Assembly: GCA_964635995.1 (NCBI GenBank)
Contig: CAZWRA010000002.1
Span: 1 to 55,939 of the forward strand
Length of the DNA: 55,939 nucleotides
Reading direction: 5' to 3'
Source of the DNA: an uncultured Candidatus Saccharibacteria bacterium
GTDB taxonomy: Bacteria > Patescibacteriota > Dojkabacteria > J137
Shown here: positions 27,949-37,636 of the stretch, piece after piece
How positions within the stretch are numbered: position 1 is the stretch's first letter
How the letters are laid out: every line of letters begins with the position of its first letter
Notes under the pieces: generated by a model
Databases searched by the model: none
The model's input: only the letters and a program-made list of their open reading frames with translations
Told to the model about the DNA's origin: nothing
Program-made: the position numbers and the translations under genes

Positions 27949-29142
27949 ATGAGTTATCCAGTAGTATATTTAAAGAAAGATAAGGAAAAACCTATTTTAC
28001 GTGGACATCATTGGATATTTTCAGGAGCTGTAAAGAAATATCCTGAAAGATTTAGCGATGGAGATGTTCTTCAAGTAAGAAGTTCATATAACAAGGTTTT
28101 AGGACATGCTTACTTCAATTCTAAAACCAGTATTTCAGGTCGAATGTTAAATTTTACTGAGGAAGATCCACTATCTTCGTTAGAGTTAAACTTAAGACAG
28201 GCTATTACTAATCGTAAAATGCTTTTTGATGTAAATAATACTAATGCTTATAGATTAGTAAATGGTGAAGGAGATAGAATTCCAGGACTATTAATAGATA
28301 GATATAACGATATTCTTGTTTTACAAATCAGTACAATTGGAATTGAAAAACTAAAGAAGTTTATTGTAGATATTTTAATTGATGATTTAGGGTCAGAAAT
28401 TAGAATAATTTATGAGAAATCTGTAATGAGTGCCAGAAGCCCTGAAGGATTAAAAGATAGTGAAGATGTTTTATGGTCTAAAGAAAAAACTATTAAATTA
28501 AACACACAAATAAAAGAGAATAACCATCTTTTTGATGTTGATGTTAAAAAAGGTCATAAGACAGGATTCTATTTAGATCAGAGAAACATGCGAGAATATA
28601 TAGCAAAACTTTCACGAGGTAAGAAAGTATTGAATTGTTTCAGTTATACAGGTGGTTTTTCAGTTTATTCAGCTAAAAATGGAGCTGTTGGAGTAACTTC
28701 TGTTGATATTTCTGATGAAGTTATTGACCAAGCTTCAAAGAATTTTGAACTAAATGAGTTAGATTCAGAAAAACATGAATTTATTGCAAAAGATGTTTTT
28801 AAATTCCTAGAGGAATCAAAAGAGCTTGACTACGATATTGTTATCTTAGATCCTCCAGCTTTTGCAAAGAAAAAGTCTGATTTTGGAGCAGCTTGTAGAG
28901 GATATAAACGATTGAATTTAGAGACAATGAAGAGAATGAAGAAAGGCTCTATTCTTTTAACTTGCTCATGTTCTTATCATGTCGATGAAGATTCATTCTT
29001 GGACCAAGTTAAAAAAGCTTCAAAAGAATCAGGAAAGACAATAAGTTTAATTCAAAAACATAGGCTAACTGAGGATCATACTTTGAATCCTTTTCATCCT
29101 GAACTAGATTATCTTAAAAGTTTTCTTTTTATTGTTAACTAA
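27949..29142 (+). CDS. class I SAM-dependent rRNA methyltransferase, RlmI/RlmK-like (PUA + MTase)
   Basis: The N-terminal PUA-like part has HHWIFSGAV. The SAM motif is VLNCFSYTGGFSVYSA, with ILDPPAF in the catalytic block. ATG 27949 is preferred over the TTG at 27937. Confidence 0.75.
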   Translation: MSYPVVYLKKDKEKPILRGHHWIFSGAVKKYPERFSDGDVLQVRSSYNKVLGHAYFNSKTSISGRMLNFTEEDPLSSLELNLRQAITNRKMLFDVNNTNAYRLVNGEGDRIPGLLIDRYNDILVLQISTIGIEKLKKFIVDILIDDLGSEIRIIYEKSVMSARSPEGLKDSEDVLWSKEKTIKLNTQIKENNHLFDVDVKKGHKTGFYLDQRNMREYIAKLSRGKKVLNCFSYTGGFSVYSAKNGAVGVTSVDISDEVIDQASKNFELNELDSEKHEFIAKDVFKFLEESKELDYDIVILDPPAFAKKKSDFGAACRGYKRLNLETMKRMKKGSILLTCSCSYHVDEDSFLDQVKKASKESGKTISLIQKHRLTEDHTLNPFHPELDYLKSFLFIVN

Positions 29143-30089
29143 TGTTTAAAGATAAAATAAAAATTAGAGCTAAAGCAGGAAAAGGAGGAGATGGAATAGT
29201 ATCTATGGGGCCTTTCAGAAAGTCTGATGGTGGAGATGGAGGAAAAGGTGGCGATTTATATTTTGTTGGATCACGAAGCAGATATGATTTTAGACATTTA
29301 AGATACGATAACTTATATAAAGCTGATAATGGTGTTAATGGAGGTAAAAACCAACTTACAGGAGCTGATGGAAAGGATTTAGAAATTGAAGTTCCACTAG
29401 CTACTGTTGTTTATAACGAATTCAATGAAGTTATTGCTGAAATTACAAAAGATCAGGAAAAGAAACTTATATTAACTGGTTGCCGTGGAGGAAGAGGAAA
29501 TTATAGTTTTAGAGGTAGTCGTGAATATGGAAATTGGAATAAATTTACTTATGGAGATGAGCCTGAAGAATTTAATTTAACACTTGAATTACAATTAGAA
29601 AGCGATGCGATTTTTATAGGATTTCCTAATGCAGGAAAATCAACAATATTAAACGAATTAACTAATGCTGAAGCAAAAGTTGCTCCATATGCTTTTACAA
29701 CGATAGATCCTCAAAAAGGAAGACTTGAAGATTTTACACTTTTAGATCTTCCTGGACTTATTGAGGGAACTTATGAAGGGAAAGGATTAGGAACTAAATT
29801 CGTTAAACACACAAAAAGAACAAACTTTGTAGCTCATTTTGTTAGTTTTGAAAACGAAGATATGTATGATACGTATAAAAAGATGAGAAGCGAACTTAAA
29901 AATATTGATTTAGAACTTTTTAATAAACCTGAATTAATTATACTTTCAAAAAGAGATGTAACTACAGAAGACAGGGTTAAAGAAGAAATTAAAAAATTTA
30001 TGAAATACTCTAAAGACGTAATAGCTGTGAGTTTTTTAGACAATGATTCAATGAAGGAATTAAGAGAATTTTTTCTTAAAAATTTATAG
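29142..30089 (+). CDS. obg: GTPase Obg/CgtA (short form)
   Basis: Gly-rich Obg fold (GKGGDG, GGDGGKGGD, GGRGN). G domain with GFPNAGKST, DLPGLIEG and SKRD. TAATG overlap with the upstream gene. Confidence 0.85.
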   Translation: MFKDKIKIRAKAGKGGDGIVSMGPFRKSDGGDGGKGGDLYFVGSRSRYDFRHLRYDNLYKADNGVNGGKNQLTGADGKDLEIEVPLATVVYNEFNEVIAEITKDQEKKLILTGCRGGRGNYSFRGSREYGNWNKFTYGDEPEEFNLTLELQLESDAIFIGFPNAGKSTILNELTNAEAKVAPYAFTTIDPQKGRLEDFTLLDLPGLIEGTYEGKGLGTKFVKHTKRTNFVAHFVSFENEDMYDTYKKMRSELKNIDLELFNKPELIILSKRDVTTEDRVKEEIKKFMKYSKDVIAVSFLDNDSMKELREFFLKNL

Positions 30090-30836
30090 GTTAACTATAT
30101 TTCTTCTAACAATCCAGAATCTATTCTTATTATTTATATCTTTGAACACTTCAATATCAAAACCGAATGAGAACTCAGATGCTAATTTTGAATCATGAGT
30201 GTCGTCAACTTCTAAAATAGCTACTCCGTTTTTATCTAGAAAACTTGGCATCTGATTAATAAATTTTCTTATTACACTTAAACCATCCTCTCCTCCATCT
30301 AATGCGATTAAAGGTTCATAATCTTTTACTGAAGAATTAAGTGTAGGAATACGACTTGAAGGAACATAAGGAAGATTAGAAAGGATTATGTCGTAGCTTT
30401 CATGTTGTATGTTTTTGAAAAGATCTGATTGAGCTGTTTTAAGCAATACTTTATGGGTTTTAATGTTTTCTTCAGCTATAGAAAGAGCTTTTTCAGAGAA
30501 ATCAGACAGAGTACCTGAATATTTAATGTTTCTTTTTTCTAATTCTTTGGCGAGAGTAATTCCTATTACTCCAGAGCCTGTTCCTAGATCAAGAAAATTC
30601 ACTTTTTCTGTTCCATTTGATTTAATAAACTCTAGAGCAATATCAATAATTCTCTCAGTTTCAATTCTTGGGATTAAAGTATAGTTGTTAACAATAAAAG
30701 TTCTTCCATAAAATTCAGAAAAGCCGGTTATGTATTCAACCGGCTTTTCTTTGATTTCATTTAAATCCAGTGAGTAAGGATCTACTCCGAATTTATTTAA
30801 ATGGTTAATTTCGTATGCTGTTAATTTCCTTTGCAT
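30084..30836 (-). CDS. prmC: release-factor glutamine N5-methyltransferase PrmC/HemK
   Basis: PRIETE, the SAM motif LDLGTGSGVIGI, and NLPYV (an NPPY-type motif). Confidence 0.8.
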   Translation of the reverse strand: MQRKLTAYEINHLNKFGVDPYSLDLNEIKEKPVEYITGFSEFYGRTFIVNNYTLIPRIETERIIDIALEFIKSNGTEKVNFLDLGTGSGVIGITLAKELEKRNIKYSGTLSDFSEKALSIAEENIKTHKVLLKTAQSDLFKNIQHESYDIILSNLPYVPSSRIPTLNSSVKDYEPLIALDGGEDGLSVIRKFINQMPSFLDKNGVAILEVDDTHDSKLASEFSFGFDIEVFKDINNKNRFWIVRRNIVNL

Positions 30837-30849
30837 ACGTAATTATAGC

Positions 30850-31782
30850 TTATAATGCCTCGTATATTTCAACATCAAAATATTGATCAGTAGCCAATCC
30901 TCCATAGAAACTTACATAAATGAAGTCAGTTCCATTTGTGTACCAGGTTCTACCTGAAGCAGCGCCACTATCGTAATTACACTCTTCCCAATCACCATCA
31001 TTAATTATATTGTTTAATCTACTTATACTTTCAGGTTGATTTAAAAGCGAAGCTCGATTTAATAAAAAATAAGAATTATTTGACTCGCAACCACTTATAT
31101 CCAAAGAGTTGAAGGTCAGTCTCGATGTAAACTGTATTTGACTATTCCCAGAAATCTGTCTTAAAAGCTCCGTTTCTTCTGTTGAGTCTACTGAACATGA
31201 AGCACCTATCCCACTTAAATCATTCCAACATCCTCCATCTTTATTTAAAACAATGACGCTATCAACTGTATCGAATTGTTTCAATGTTTCATTTAGTGAA
31301 ACTATAAAATCAGGATTTCTTAAGTCATTTTCCCCTGTTGTTGATCTGCAGAATTTAAATAATGCAACTTGATTCTGAATACTTAATTCAAAATCTTCAC
31401 CACTACAATTTGAAGCTCCAGTAAGTTCTAAGGTATATATATCACTTAAACCTTCACTAGCTTCTTCTTCAGTTGGGCCTTTAAATAGTTCCTCAACTAA
31501 GAATGTGGCTACGTCCTCTCGATCTGTAGATCTTTGAACAGGCTTCACAAATGTAAAATCTTCCGTGAATTCTGGCATTTTAGGAAAGAAAACGTCATAT
31601 GCTTCACTATTTATAAGATCAAACTCTAAAGTATCTAAAACCAGTTGAATAGTCTGTAAATTCTCATTAACTTCTTCCATTGATTCTAATTCTTGAATCA
31701 TAAAAGTGAAAGTTTCTCTTGTGCTTGATCCACTATATTGAACCATTAATCCAAACATATCTTCATTAACACCTTGAGACAA
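30850..31782 (-). CDS. GerMN-domain protein
   Basis: VATFLVEELFKGPTEEEASEGLSDIY resembles the GerMN (Germane) signature. The start is uncertain: the frame stays open 34 codons upstream without a canonical start. Confidence 0.45.
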   Translation of the reverse strand: MSQGVNEDMFGLMVQYSGSSTRETFTFMIQELESMEEVNENLQTIQLVLDTLEFDLINSEAYDVFFPKMPEFTEDFTFVKPVQRSTDREDVATFLVEELFKGPTEEEASEGLSDIYTLELTGASNCSGEDFELSIQNQVALFKFCRSTTGENDLRNPDFIVSLNETLKQFDTVDSVIVLNKDGGCWNDLSGIGASCSVDSTEETELLRQISGNSQIQFTSRLTFNSLDISGCESNNSYFLLNRASLLNQPESISRLNNIINDGDWEECNYDSGAASGRTWYTNGTDFIYVSFYGGLATDQYFDVEIYEAL

Positions 31783-31879
31783 TGCATAAACATTAAACTC
31801 TTTTCCCTCCTTAGAAGTTGTTACCTCATCTAAAATATCAGCACTATTTCCTCCCTCAAAAAAAAAGGATAGAAGATTG

Positions 31880-32840
31880 CTAATTCAGATTTAGAAAACT
31901 TAAAACTTCATTCTCTGTATCATTATCAATTTCTGAAGAAATAATTCCTAATTCTTCTGGATACTCAAAAGATACTGTGTACTCTTTACTACTAAACTTT
32001 CTTAATTCCATATCTTCATCATCTTCAGGTTCAATATCATTATTAGAAATAGACATAGCTCCTAATCCTATACCAGCTGTTGCTAATAAAACTGCACTTC
32101 CTGCGATTACTTTCGCTGTTGTTGTAGCGAATAATCCTCCTGCAACTGCAGAGGCTCCGGCAGCACTACTAGAAATTCCCGAACTTATCATAGTTGAGAA
32201 AGTAAAACCTAATGTAGATCCAACTGTTGCTGATATAGCCGCTCCAGTTGAAGCGCTCATAGCATAAGCTGGTGTTGTTGATAATGCAAATATTCCAGCA
32301 ACTAAAGCTAGTATTGTTATAACTCTTAATTTTTTGTTGTTTGAATTTACTCTTGTTTGAAGTTCACTAATTCCTCTATAAAATCGCATTTTCACAGCAC
32401 TTTCTTTTAAATCTGTTGCTTCAGCAATTTCAGAGAACTTCATATCACCCCAAATTTTTCATAGTAATAATGTCAGCTGTAACATCATCAAGGCCTTTAA
32501 TTTCAGATTTAATAATTTCGATTTTCTCTTCTTCAATTGCTTCTTTTTCTAGTGATTTAAGTGAATTCATAATAGTTTCTTCGTCTGTACCTTCCAAAAA
32601 TTCTACTGTGTTTCTTGAAGTAGGTCTTACAAAATTGTCGTAAATTGTTGTTCTTGCTACTTTATATAGCCAAGCTCTAACGTTGTTTATCTCACTAATA
32701 TTTTGATCGAATAACTTAATAAAGCTTTCTGATGTTACATCTTCAGCATCCTCTACTCTGTTAAGTTTAAACATACAGAAGCGATATATTTCTGAAACAT
32801 ATTCTTCGTATGAATTTTTGAAAAGATCTCTATTTTCCAT
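31880..32840 (-). pseudogene. ECF-type sigma-70 factor fused to a transmembrane and extracytoplasmic tail, split by a +1 frameshift in a G4 run
   Basis: Region 2 (SEIYRFCMFKLNRVEDAEDVTSESFIKLF, WLYKVARTTIYDNF) is in the 32445-32840 ORF. Region 4 (MKFSEIAEATDLKESAVKMRFYRGISEL) and a TM segment are in the 31880-32443 ORF. Removing one G from the run at 32448-32451 gives ITMKNLGDMKFSEIAE. Confidence 0.7.
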
Positions 32841-32930
32841 ATATAAAAATCACTATATAAATTTACTATGCAACTCATAAAAAAGACAATTTATGTTTAA
32901 TAATAAGACTCTAAAATATAAAAAAAGTCA

Positions 32931-32960
32931 CAAAAAAGCCACTTCTTTTTAGAAGTGGCT
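32931..32960 (-). terminator. rho-independent terminator after the 263-aa gene
   Basis: 10-bp stem agccacttct / agaagtggct with loop tttt. On the minus strand it is followed by TTTTTT. Confidence 0.6.
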
Positions 32961-33022
32961 AATGATCCAGACCATTACGTGTTTTATATATATGACTTAA
33001 CTATTTATGAAAAGTGACAAAA

Positions 33023-33814
33023 TCACATCTCTAAAGTAGAAACCACCTCATCAGCTTTGCTGATTTGCTCTTCGCTTAATTCACCATCTGAAGATAGTAA
33101 TCCAATATAGACGAAGTTACCAGGAGGAGGTACTAAATTTTCTGTTTCATAGTCAACATTTGGGTTTTGTCTATTAAACATATGACTAAAAGATAAACAG
33201 TACTCATCGTCTTCTTCCAGATAGGCAGGAAATTTTTCTAAAGCATCTGATCTACTATCTATTTTTGGTGTATAGAAAAACTTTAGATTTTCTTCATCTA
33301 GTCTCCAAGGGGTATGAGCATTGAAATAAGAGTCATTTGTTTCTTTCATATATCCTATTCGATAAAAATCTTCAAATTCAACAATTGGATTTGAAAGACA
33401 CCCGTAAGTGAAGTTTCCATTCTGTAATCCATTTAGTTCCATTGAAATTTGAAGAGTTGAAGAGGAATTATTCAAATTAACAATAAAGTGAGATCCTGAG
33501 CTTATATTTTCTGTGGTATTATCCACCTCTTCCATATCCCAGAAGCACGAATCGTAGGTGAAGCTTACGGGTTCTATTTCCTGACTTATATATTCAACTA
33601 GACAATTTTCTTTATTATTATTTACCGTTTCATTATTACTATTTTGTGTTTGACCTTTAGGTTGTTCGTTGTCTTCGCTCTCTAATTCTAGAATCCTCTC
33701 TTCAAGATCGGCTATTGTTTGATTTTCTTGAGAGCTAAAAAATAGTGTAGTAGAAGCAACACCTACTACTAATGCTAATAGAATAACAAGAATTATAATA
33801 ACAAAGTTTTTCAT
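33023..33814 (-). CDS. membrane-anchored coiled-coil / Cys-containing extracytoplasmic protein, paralogue A
   Basis: N-terminal TM helix, an acidic coiled coil, then CLVEYISQEIEPVSFTYDSC. This parallels CLKEYSNEQFPNFSFEYDSC in the neighbouring gene. Confidence 0.55.
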   Translation of the reverse strand: MKNFVIIILVILLALVVGVASTTLFFSSQENQTIADLEERILELESEDNEQPKGQTQNSNNETVNNNKENCLVEYISQEIEPVSFTYDSCFWDMEEVDNTTENISSGSHFIVNLNNSSSTLQISMELNGLQNGNFTYGCLSNPIVEFEDFYRIGYMKETNDSYFNAHTPWRLDEENLKFFYTPKIDSRSDALEKFPAYLEEDDEYCLSFSHMFNRQNPNVDYETENLVPPPGNFVYIGLLSSDGELSEEQISKADEVVSTLEM

Positions 33815-33925
33815 AAATTTTTCTAATAAGTATTACTTATCATCCTGCCTTATTTCTTTCGTTTGCTTGATTCGATTTTATAACTCCATAGAGATTACAA
33901 TATCGTCAAGAGAATTAATAAACTC

Positions 33926-34630
33926 TTAAGAATCTGAATCAGTTGTTATAGCTACTGCAGTTTTTTTATAAGGACATTGATTCCCATGTATTAAACTACA
34001 AGGTTGTCCGGAAGACCAGTTAAAATCTGCTTCTGTTGTAAAAGAGTAATAGTTTGCTTTATAACAAGCTGTCGCTCCCATGTATATTACATCATCCCAT
34101 TTAGTACCGTAGTAGCTGTTTCCTGAAGGAAGTAATGTTCTATAAATATCATTTGATACTTCTATCGCTTGATTTCCATTGTTATCTTCAATACACCAAC
34201 CTTCTAATGAGCTTATATACTGCTCTGTTAGAGAAATAACCCCAAATTCATTGTTTTTAGAGTTTACATATATTTCAAAACTGCCTCTAATAGAATCATC
34301 AACACTTACACGTTCATCCGACTCTAAAAGAGTAATATCACAAGAATCATATTCAAAACTAAAGTTCGGAAATTGTTCATTAGAATACTCCTTTAAACAA
34401 TTTGAATTATTAGAAGAAGTATCATTATCTGAATCTTCATCCTGGCTTTCTTCTTCATGTTCGCCTATTTTATCTTCAAGTTCTTCAATCTCTTCTTTTA
34501 ACTCATCTATTTCTAATTTTAATTCCTCTTTTTGTTCATTTTCTCTACTAATAAAGAAAAAGGCACTTGATCCCGCACCTATTATAAAAACTAAAATTAG
34601 AATTACTAAATAAGTTAATAGCTTTTTCAT
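33926..34630 (-). CDS. membrane-anchored coiled-coil / Cys-containing extracytoplasmic protein, paralogue B
   Basis: Same architecture and shared motif as the 33023-33814 gene. Confidence 0.55.
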   Translation of the reverse strand: MKKLLTYLVILILVFIIGAGSSAFFFISRENEQKEELKLEIDELKEEIEELEDKIGEHEEESQDEDSDNDTSSNNSNCLKEYSNEQFPNFSFEYDSCDITLLESDERVSVDDSIRGSFEIYVNSKNNEFGVISLTEQYISSLEGWCIEDNNGNQAIEVSNDIYRTLLPSGNSYYGTKWDDVIYMGATACYKANYYSFTTEADFNWSSGQPCSLIHGNQCPYKKTAVAITTDSDS

Positions 34631-34648
34631 AGCCAGATATAATAAATA

Positions 34649-34996
34649 TTATCTATCATCTTCCCTTATTTCTTTCAAAACATAAACAAGCTTAAGTACT
34701 TTTCCATCTTTTTTTACCTCTACTTCTGCATTTTCTATTAATTCAATTCTTATCATTTCTTTCATAAGTTCTACTCTTTCTTTTACTCCCTTAGCTTTTT
34801 CTTCTAATTCTCTAATATCAGGTTCTTCCTTTATCTCATCTCTTATTTCTTTAGCTTTTTTATTAATTTGTTGAAGTTCTTCCCATCTTGGATGTGAAAT
34901 TTTTAAATCTTTAATATCCTTTCTTAAATTTTTTAGAATTCTTTTTTGTTCAAAATACTCTACTGTCTTATCAGAGTTTACATCGGTATCTGCCAT
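34649..34996 (-). CDS. small charged coiled-coil protein (115 aa)
   Basis: ORF track. Lys/Glu-rich heptad-like sequence. No family recognised. Confidence 0.4.
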   Translation of the reverse strand: MADTDVNSDKTVEYFEQKRILKNLRKDIKDLKISHPRWEELQQINKKAKEIRDEIKEEPDIRELEEKAKGVKERVELMKEMIRIELIENAEVEVKKDGKVLKLVYVLKEIREDDR

Positions 34997-35065
34997 AAAA
35001 ATGAAAGTTTAAATTTGATATAATAAGGTAATGCTTCAAAATAATCTACTTCTTAAATTTTTTTT

Positions 35066-35428
35066 ATGCGATTGACTATTTCTGCACCTTCACTTACCAA
35101 ACCAACTTATCAGACTCTAGAAGAATACGCAACAAAGCGATTTCAAAAAATACAAAAGTTACTAAGAAAAAGGGAAGAAACTGATCATGAGCTAAGAATT
35201 GGGGTCGAGAAATCTGGAGATCTTTATGAAATAACAGCTGAAGTTTTTGTCCCTGTAAGTATAACTGTTAAAGCAAAAGACAGAGATCTTCGTAAAGTTA
35301 TAGATAATGCTGTTGATCAACTTCAGAGAAGATTACGTGAGGGTAATAGAAAAAACGTTGATAAAAGAATTTCGAGAAATCGAATAGTTAAGAAAATTAG
35401 AAGTATTACTAGTAACTTTTTCGAATAA
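35066..35428 (+). CDS. hpf: ribosome hibernation promoting factor / RaiA family
   Basis: The size and the pattern (EEYATKRFQKIQKLL, ELRIGVEKSGDLYEITAEV, KAKDRDLRKVIDNAVDQLQRRL) are typical of the sigma-54-modulation/HPF family. Confidence 0.75.
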   Translation: MRLTISAPSLTKPTYQTLEEYATKRFQKIQKLLRKREETDHELRIGVEKSGDLYEITAEVFVPVSITVKAKDRDLRKVIDNAVDQLQRRLREGNRKNVDKRISRNRIVKKIRSITSNFFE

Positions 35429-35445
35429 TCGTTGTAAAATAGAGA

Positions 35446-35727
35446 ATGGAAGATACATTTGGATTCATTTTCTGTTCTTTTATTTGTTTTGTTTGGTCGA
35501 TACCAATAATCTTTGCATTGATTGTCTATAAGGATGCTCAGAGGAGTTTCGATCCTAATGCGATTGTGTGGGCTGTCTTAACTTTCTCTCTGCCAATACC
35601 AATGATATTTATATACTTTGCTTTTAAGAATAGGATGGCTCCAGGGTCTCCAACTTCATTACCGAAGCAACAGAATATTAATAATAAAAGGCCAGTTAAG
35701 AAATCAGGGCCGATAGAGAGATACTGA
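35446..35727 (+). CDS. small membrane protein (93 aa)
   Basis: Two predicted TM helices and a basic tail. Confidence 0.4.
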   Translation: MEDTFGFIFCSFICFVWSIPIIFALIVYKDAQRSFDPNAIVWAVLTFSLPIPMIFIYFAFKNRMAPGSPTSLPKQQNINNKRPVKKSGPIERY

Positions 35728-35728
35728 T

Positions 35729-36127
35729 TTATTGTTCCTCTTCTTGATTACCCCTAGAATCTTCAGGTTCTATCATCTCAAACATATAAGACATAAAACC
35801 TGGCATGTTTCCTAATGTCACAAAAATATTCATACAAAGATCATTTCCACGATCAACAACTGTTTCAGTAAGAGTTTTCATGTCCTCAATCATCATGGCT
35901 AATCCTGTAACTATAGCTGCTGGATCACCACTTACATTAATGGATTTTAAGAACTGAGAGAACTGTTGATACATTTCCTCAGGAGTTAAAGTATAGTCAG
36001 TAGATTGAGTATTATTGAAAACTTCTTCTACTGAAACACCTTTTAGACTTTCTATAGCATGGAAAGCTTCCTCAGATTTTCTTATTAATTTCTCTAATCT
36101 TGGTTTGAATCTTTCAGTTTTTTGAAG
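35729..36127 (-). CDS. hypothetical protein; frame open for 51 codons upstream of the first ATG (35974) with no canonical start
   Basis: Same frame as the 36128-36490 ORF, separated only by TAA at 36128-36130. The upstream segment translates LQKTERFKPRLEKLIRKSEEAFHAIESLKGVSVEEVF. Confidence 0.45.
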   Translation of the reverse strand, partial: LQKTERFKPRLEKLIRKSEEAFHAIESLKGVSVEEVFNNTQSTDYTLTPEEMYQQFSQFLKSINVSGDPAAIVTGLAMMIEDMKTLTETVVDRGNDLCMNIFVTLGNMPGFMSYMFEMIEPEDSRGNQEEEQ

Positions 36128-36490
36128 TTAAGGTATTTCTGAAGCATTATTAACATCAGTTATATCTTCTATACTTCTAATGTCTGGAGCAATTGACGAA
36201 ATAAAATCTTTTTCAATTCTTCTTAATAATTCAATTGAAGCATTTGGATTATTTAATACTTCACCATACTCCTCCATTACCTCTAAGGCAATCATATCTA
36301 CTTCATTAGCGATTAAAATTGGAAAAGGGAATCTAAGGTTTGCATGGTGGATCAACTCATTTCGTCTATCCCACATATCAACTATTCGTTCTTGTTCTGC
36401 TTTGATCTGGTTTTCAATCGAATAGACGTAGTGCTCTCTTTCAGGCATAGGAAATATATTCTCAGAACCTTCTTCGATTTGTTGACTCAT
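36128..36490 (-). CDS. hypothetical protein (120 aa)
   Basis: ORF track. No motif. Confidence 0.45.
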   Translation of the reverse strand: MSQQIEEGSENIFPMPEREHYVYSIENQIKAEQERIVDMWDRRNELIHHANLRFPFPILIANEVDMIALEVMEEYGEVLNNPNASIELLRRIEKDFISSIAPDIRSIEDITDVNNASEIP

Positions 36491-36628
36491 GCCTATATAT
36501 GATTAATATATTGATATATATATTATACTAATAAACACATAAAATGTCGACTGAAATTGGTAACAAAAATAAAACAATGTATAGGTGAAAAAACTGAAAT
36601 TTTAAAGTTTATATGGATTATTGAAGAA

Positions 36629-36994
36629 TTAACCTTCTAAAAGTTCTGAAAGTTGGGTATTTGTAATTATAAATCTGTCAGTGGAATTTTCTACTGCTAC
36701 AAGTATAGTTTTCCCAGCTTCTAATTCTAAAGGTACAGTAATAGGTTCCTCTGAGTTTAAACCGCCAATTGCTTTGCTAAGGTCAATATGAAACAGTCCA
36801 CTTTCGTGACTACTAGTAGCTTTAACTGAGAATGCAGAAGGGTGTCTTGTAATATAGCCTCTGAATTGTTCAGGAATTAATGAATTCCTAAATATATATC
36901 CAGGATTCTCAACAAGAACTGTGCGCTTTACTCCTTTGATATTGATTCCTGCTGCAGATTCGTATAAAGGGTTGCCTAGGAATTGAGTATCCAC
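36629..36994 (-). CDS. hypothetical protein (121 aa, GTG start)
   Basis: ORF track. No motif. Confidence 0.4.
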   Translation of the reverse strand: MDTQFLGNPLYESAAGINIKGVKRTVLVENPGYIFRNSLIPEQFRGYITRHPSAFSVKATSSHESGLFHIDLSKAIGGLNSEEPITVPLELEAGKTILVAVENSTDRFIITNTQLSELLEG

Positions 36995-37088
36995 AGATTA
37001 GTTGTCTGCTTCTATTCCAGCTCCTAATTCAGGGCTATCTGGTGATGTTGTTGCAATATCAGATTACAGCATAGAGTACAAGGTCATT

Positions 37089-37628
37089 TTAAATAGAAAA
37101 AACTTTAATTAAGAATTCTATATGTTCATTCAAATCCTTACCGATCATTTCAGCTCCTTCTCTTATGTCATCTCTACTAACTGCTGCAGCGAAGTGAGAG
37201 TCTTTTAACTTTTTAGTTATAGATTTAACCTTCATCCCACTAAATCCTTCAGGTCTAACTAAGCTAGCTGCATTCATAAATCCAGAAATTTCATCACAAG
37301 CAAAAAGATATTTCTCAATATCTGTTTCAGCTTTCTTACTAGTTCTTCCAGGGGCATGAGCTGCTATTGCATCTAAAATTGTCTTTTCATAACCTAATTC
37401 GGGAAGAATTTCGTTTATTGCTTTATTAGGGTGTTCATCCGGGTATTTTTCCCAATCTAAATCGTGTAATAGTCCAGCTGTCCACCATAATTCAATTTCT
37501 TCATCTGATTTTCCAAGTTCTTTAGCATAAGCTTCCATAGCCTTAGCTACCATTTCACAATGTTTTCGAAGTGATTCATTTTTAATGTATTCCGCTAATA
37601 ATTTCTGTGATTCTTCCCTTGTTTTCAT
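37089..37628 (-). CDS. HD-domain phosphohydrolase
   Basis: An HD motif occurs in TAGLLHDLDW, with further His residues (AAHAPGR) at the spacing expected for the HD superfamily. Confidence 0.6.
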   Translation of the reverse strand: MKTREESQKLLAEYIKNESLRKHCEMVAKAMEAYAKELGKSDEEIELWWTAGLLHDLDWEKYPDEHPNKAINEILPELGYEKTILDAIAAHAPGRTSKKAETDIEKYLFACDEISGFMNAASLVRPEGFSGMKVKSITKKLKDSHFAAAVSRDDIREGAEMIGKDLNEHIEFLIKVFSI

Positions 37629-37636
37629 AACAGTAC

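Noticed and set aside
31783-31884. Read-through or frameshift link between the sigma-fusion gene and the GerMN gene via the A9 run at 31858-31866
   Set aside because: A TAG at 31880-31882 precedes the run in the upstream frame. A single indel in the run therefore cannot join the two ORFs.
36995-37087. Possible upstream extension of the 36629-36994 gene (ATG at 37085-37087, then two in-frame TAAs)
   Set aside because: The open segments are only 7 and 22 codons and have no informative sequence, which is compatible with chance.
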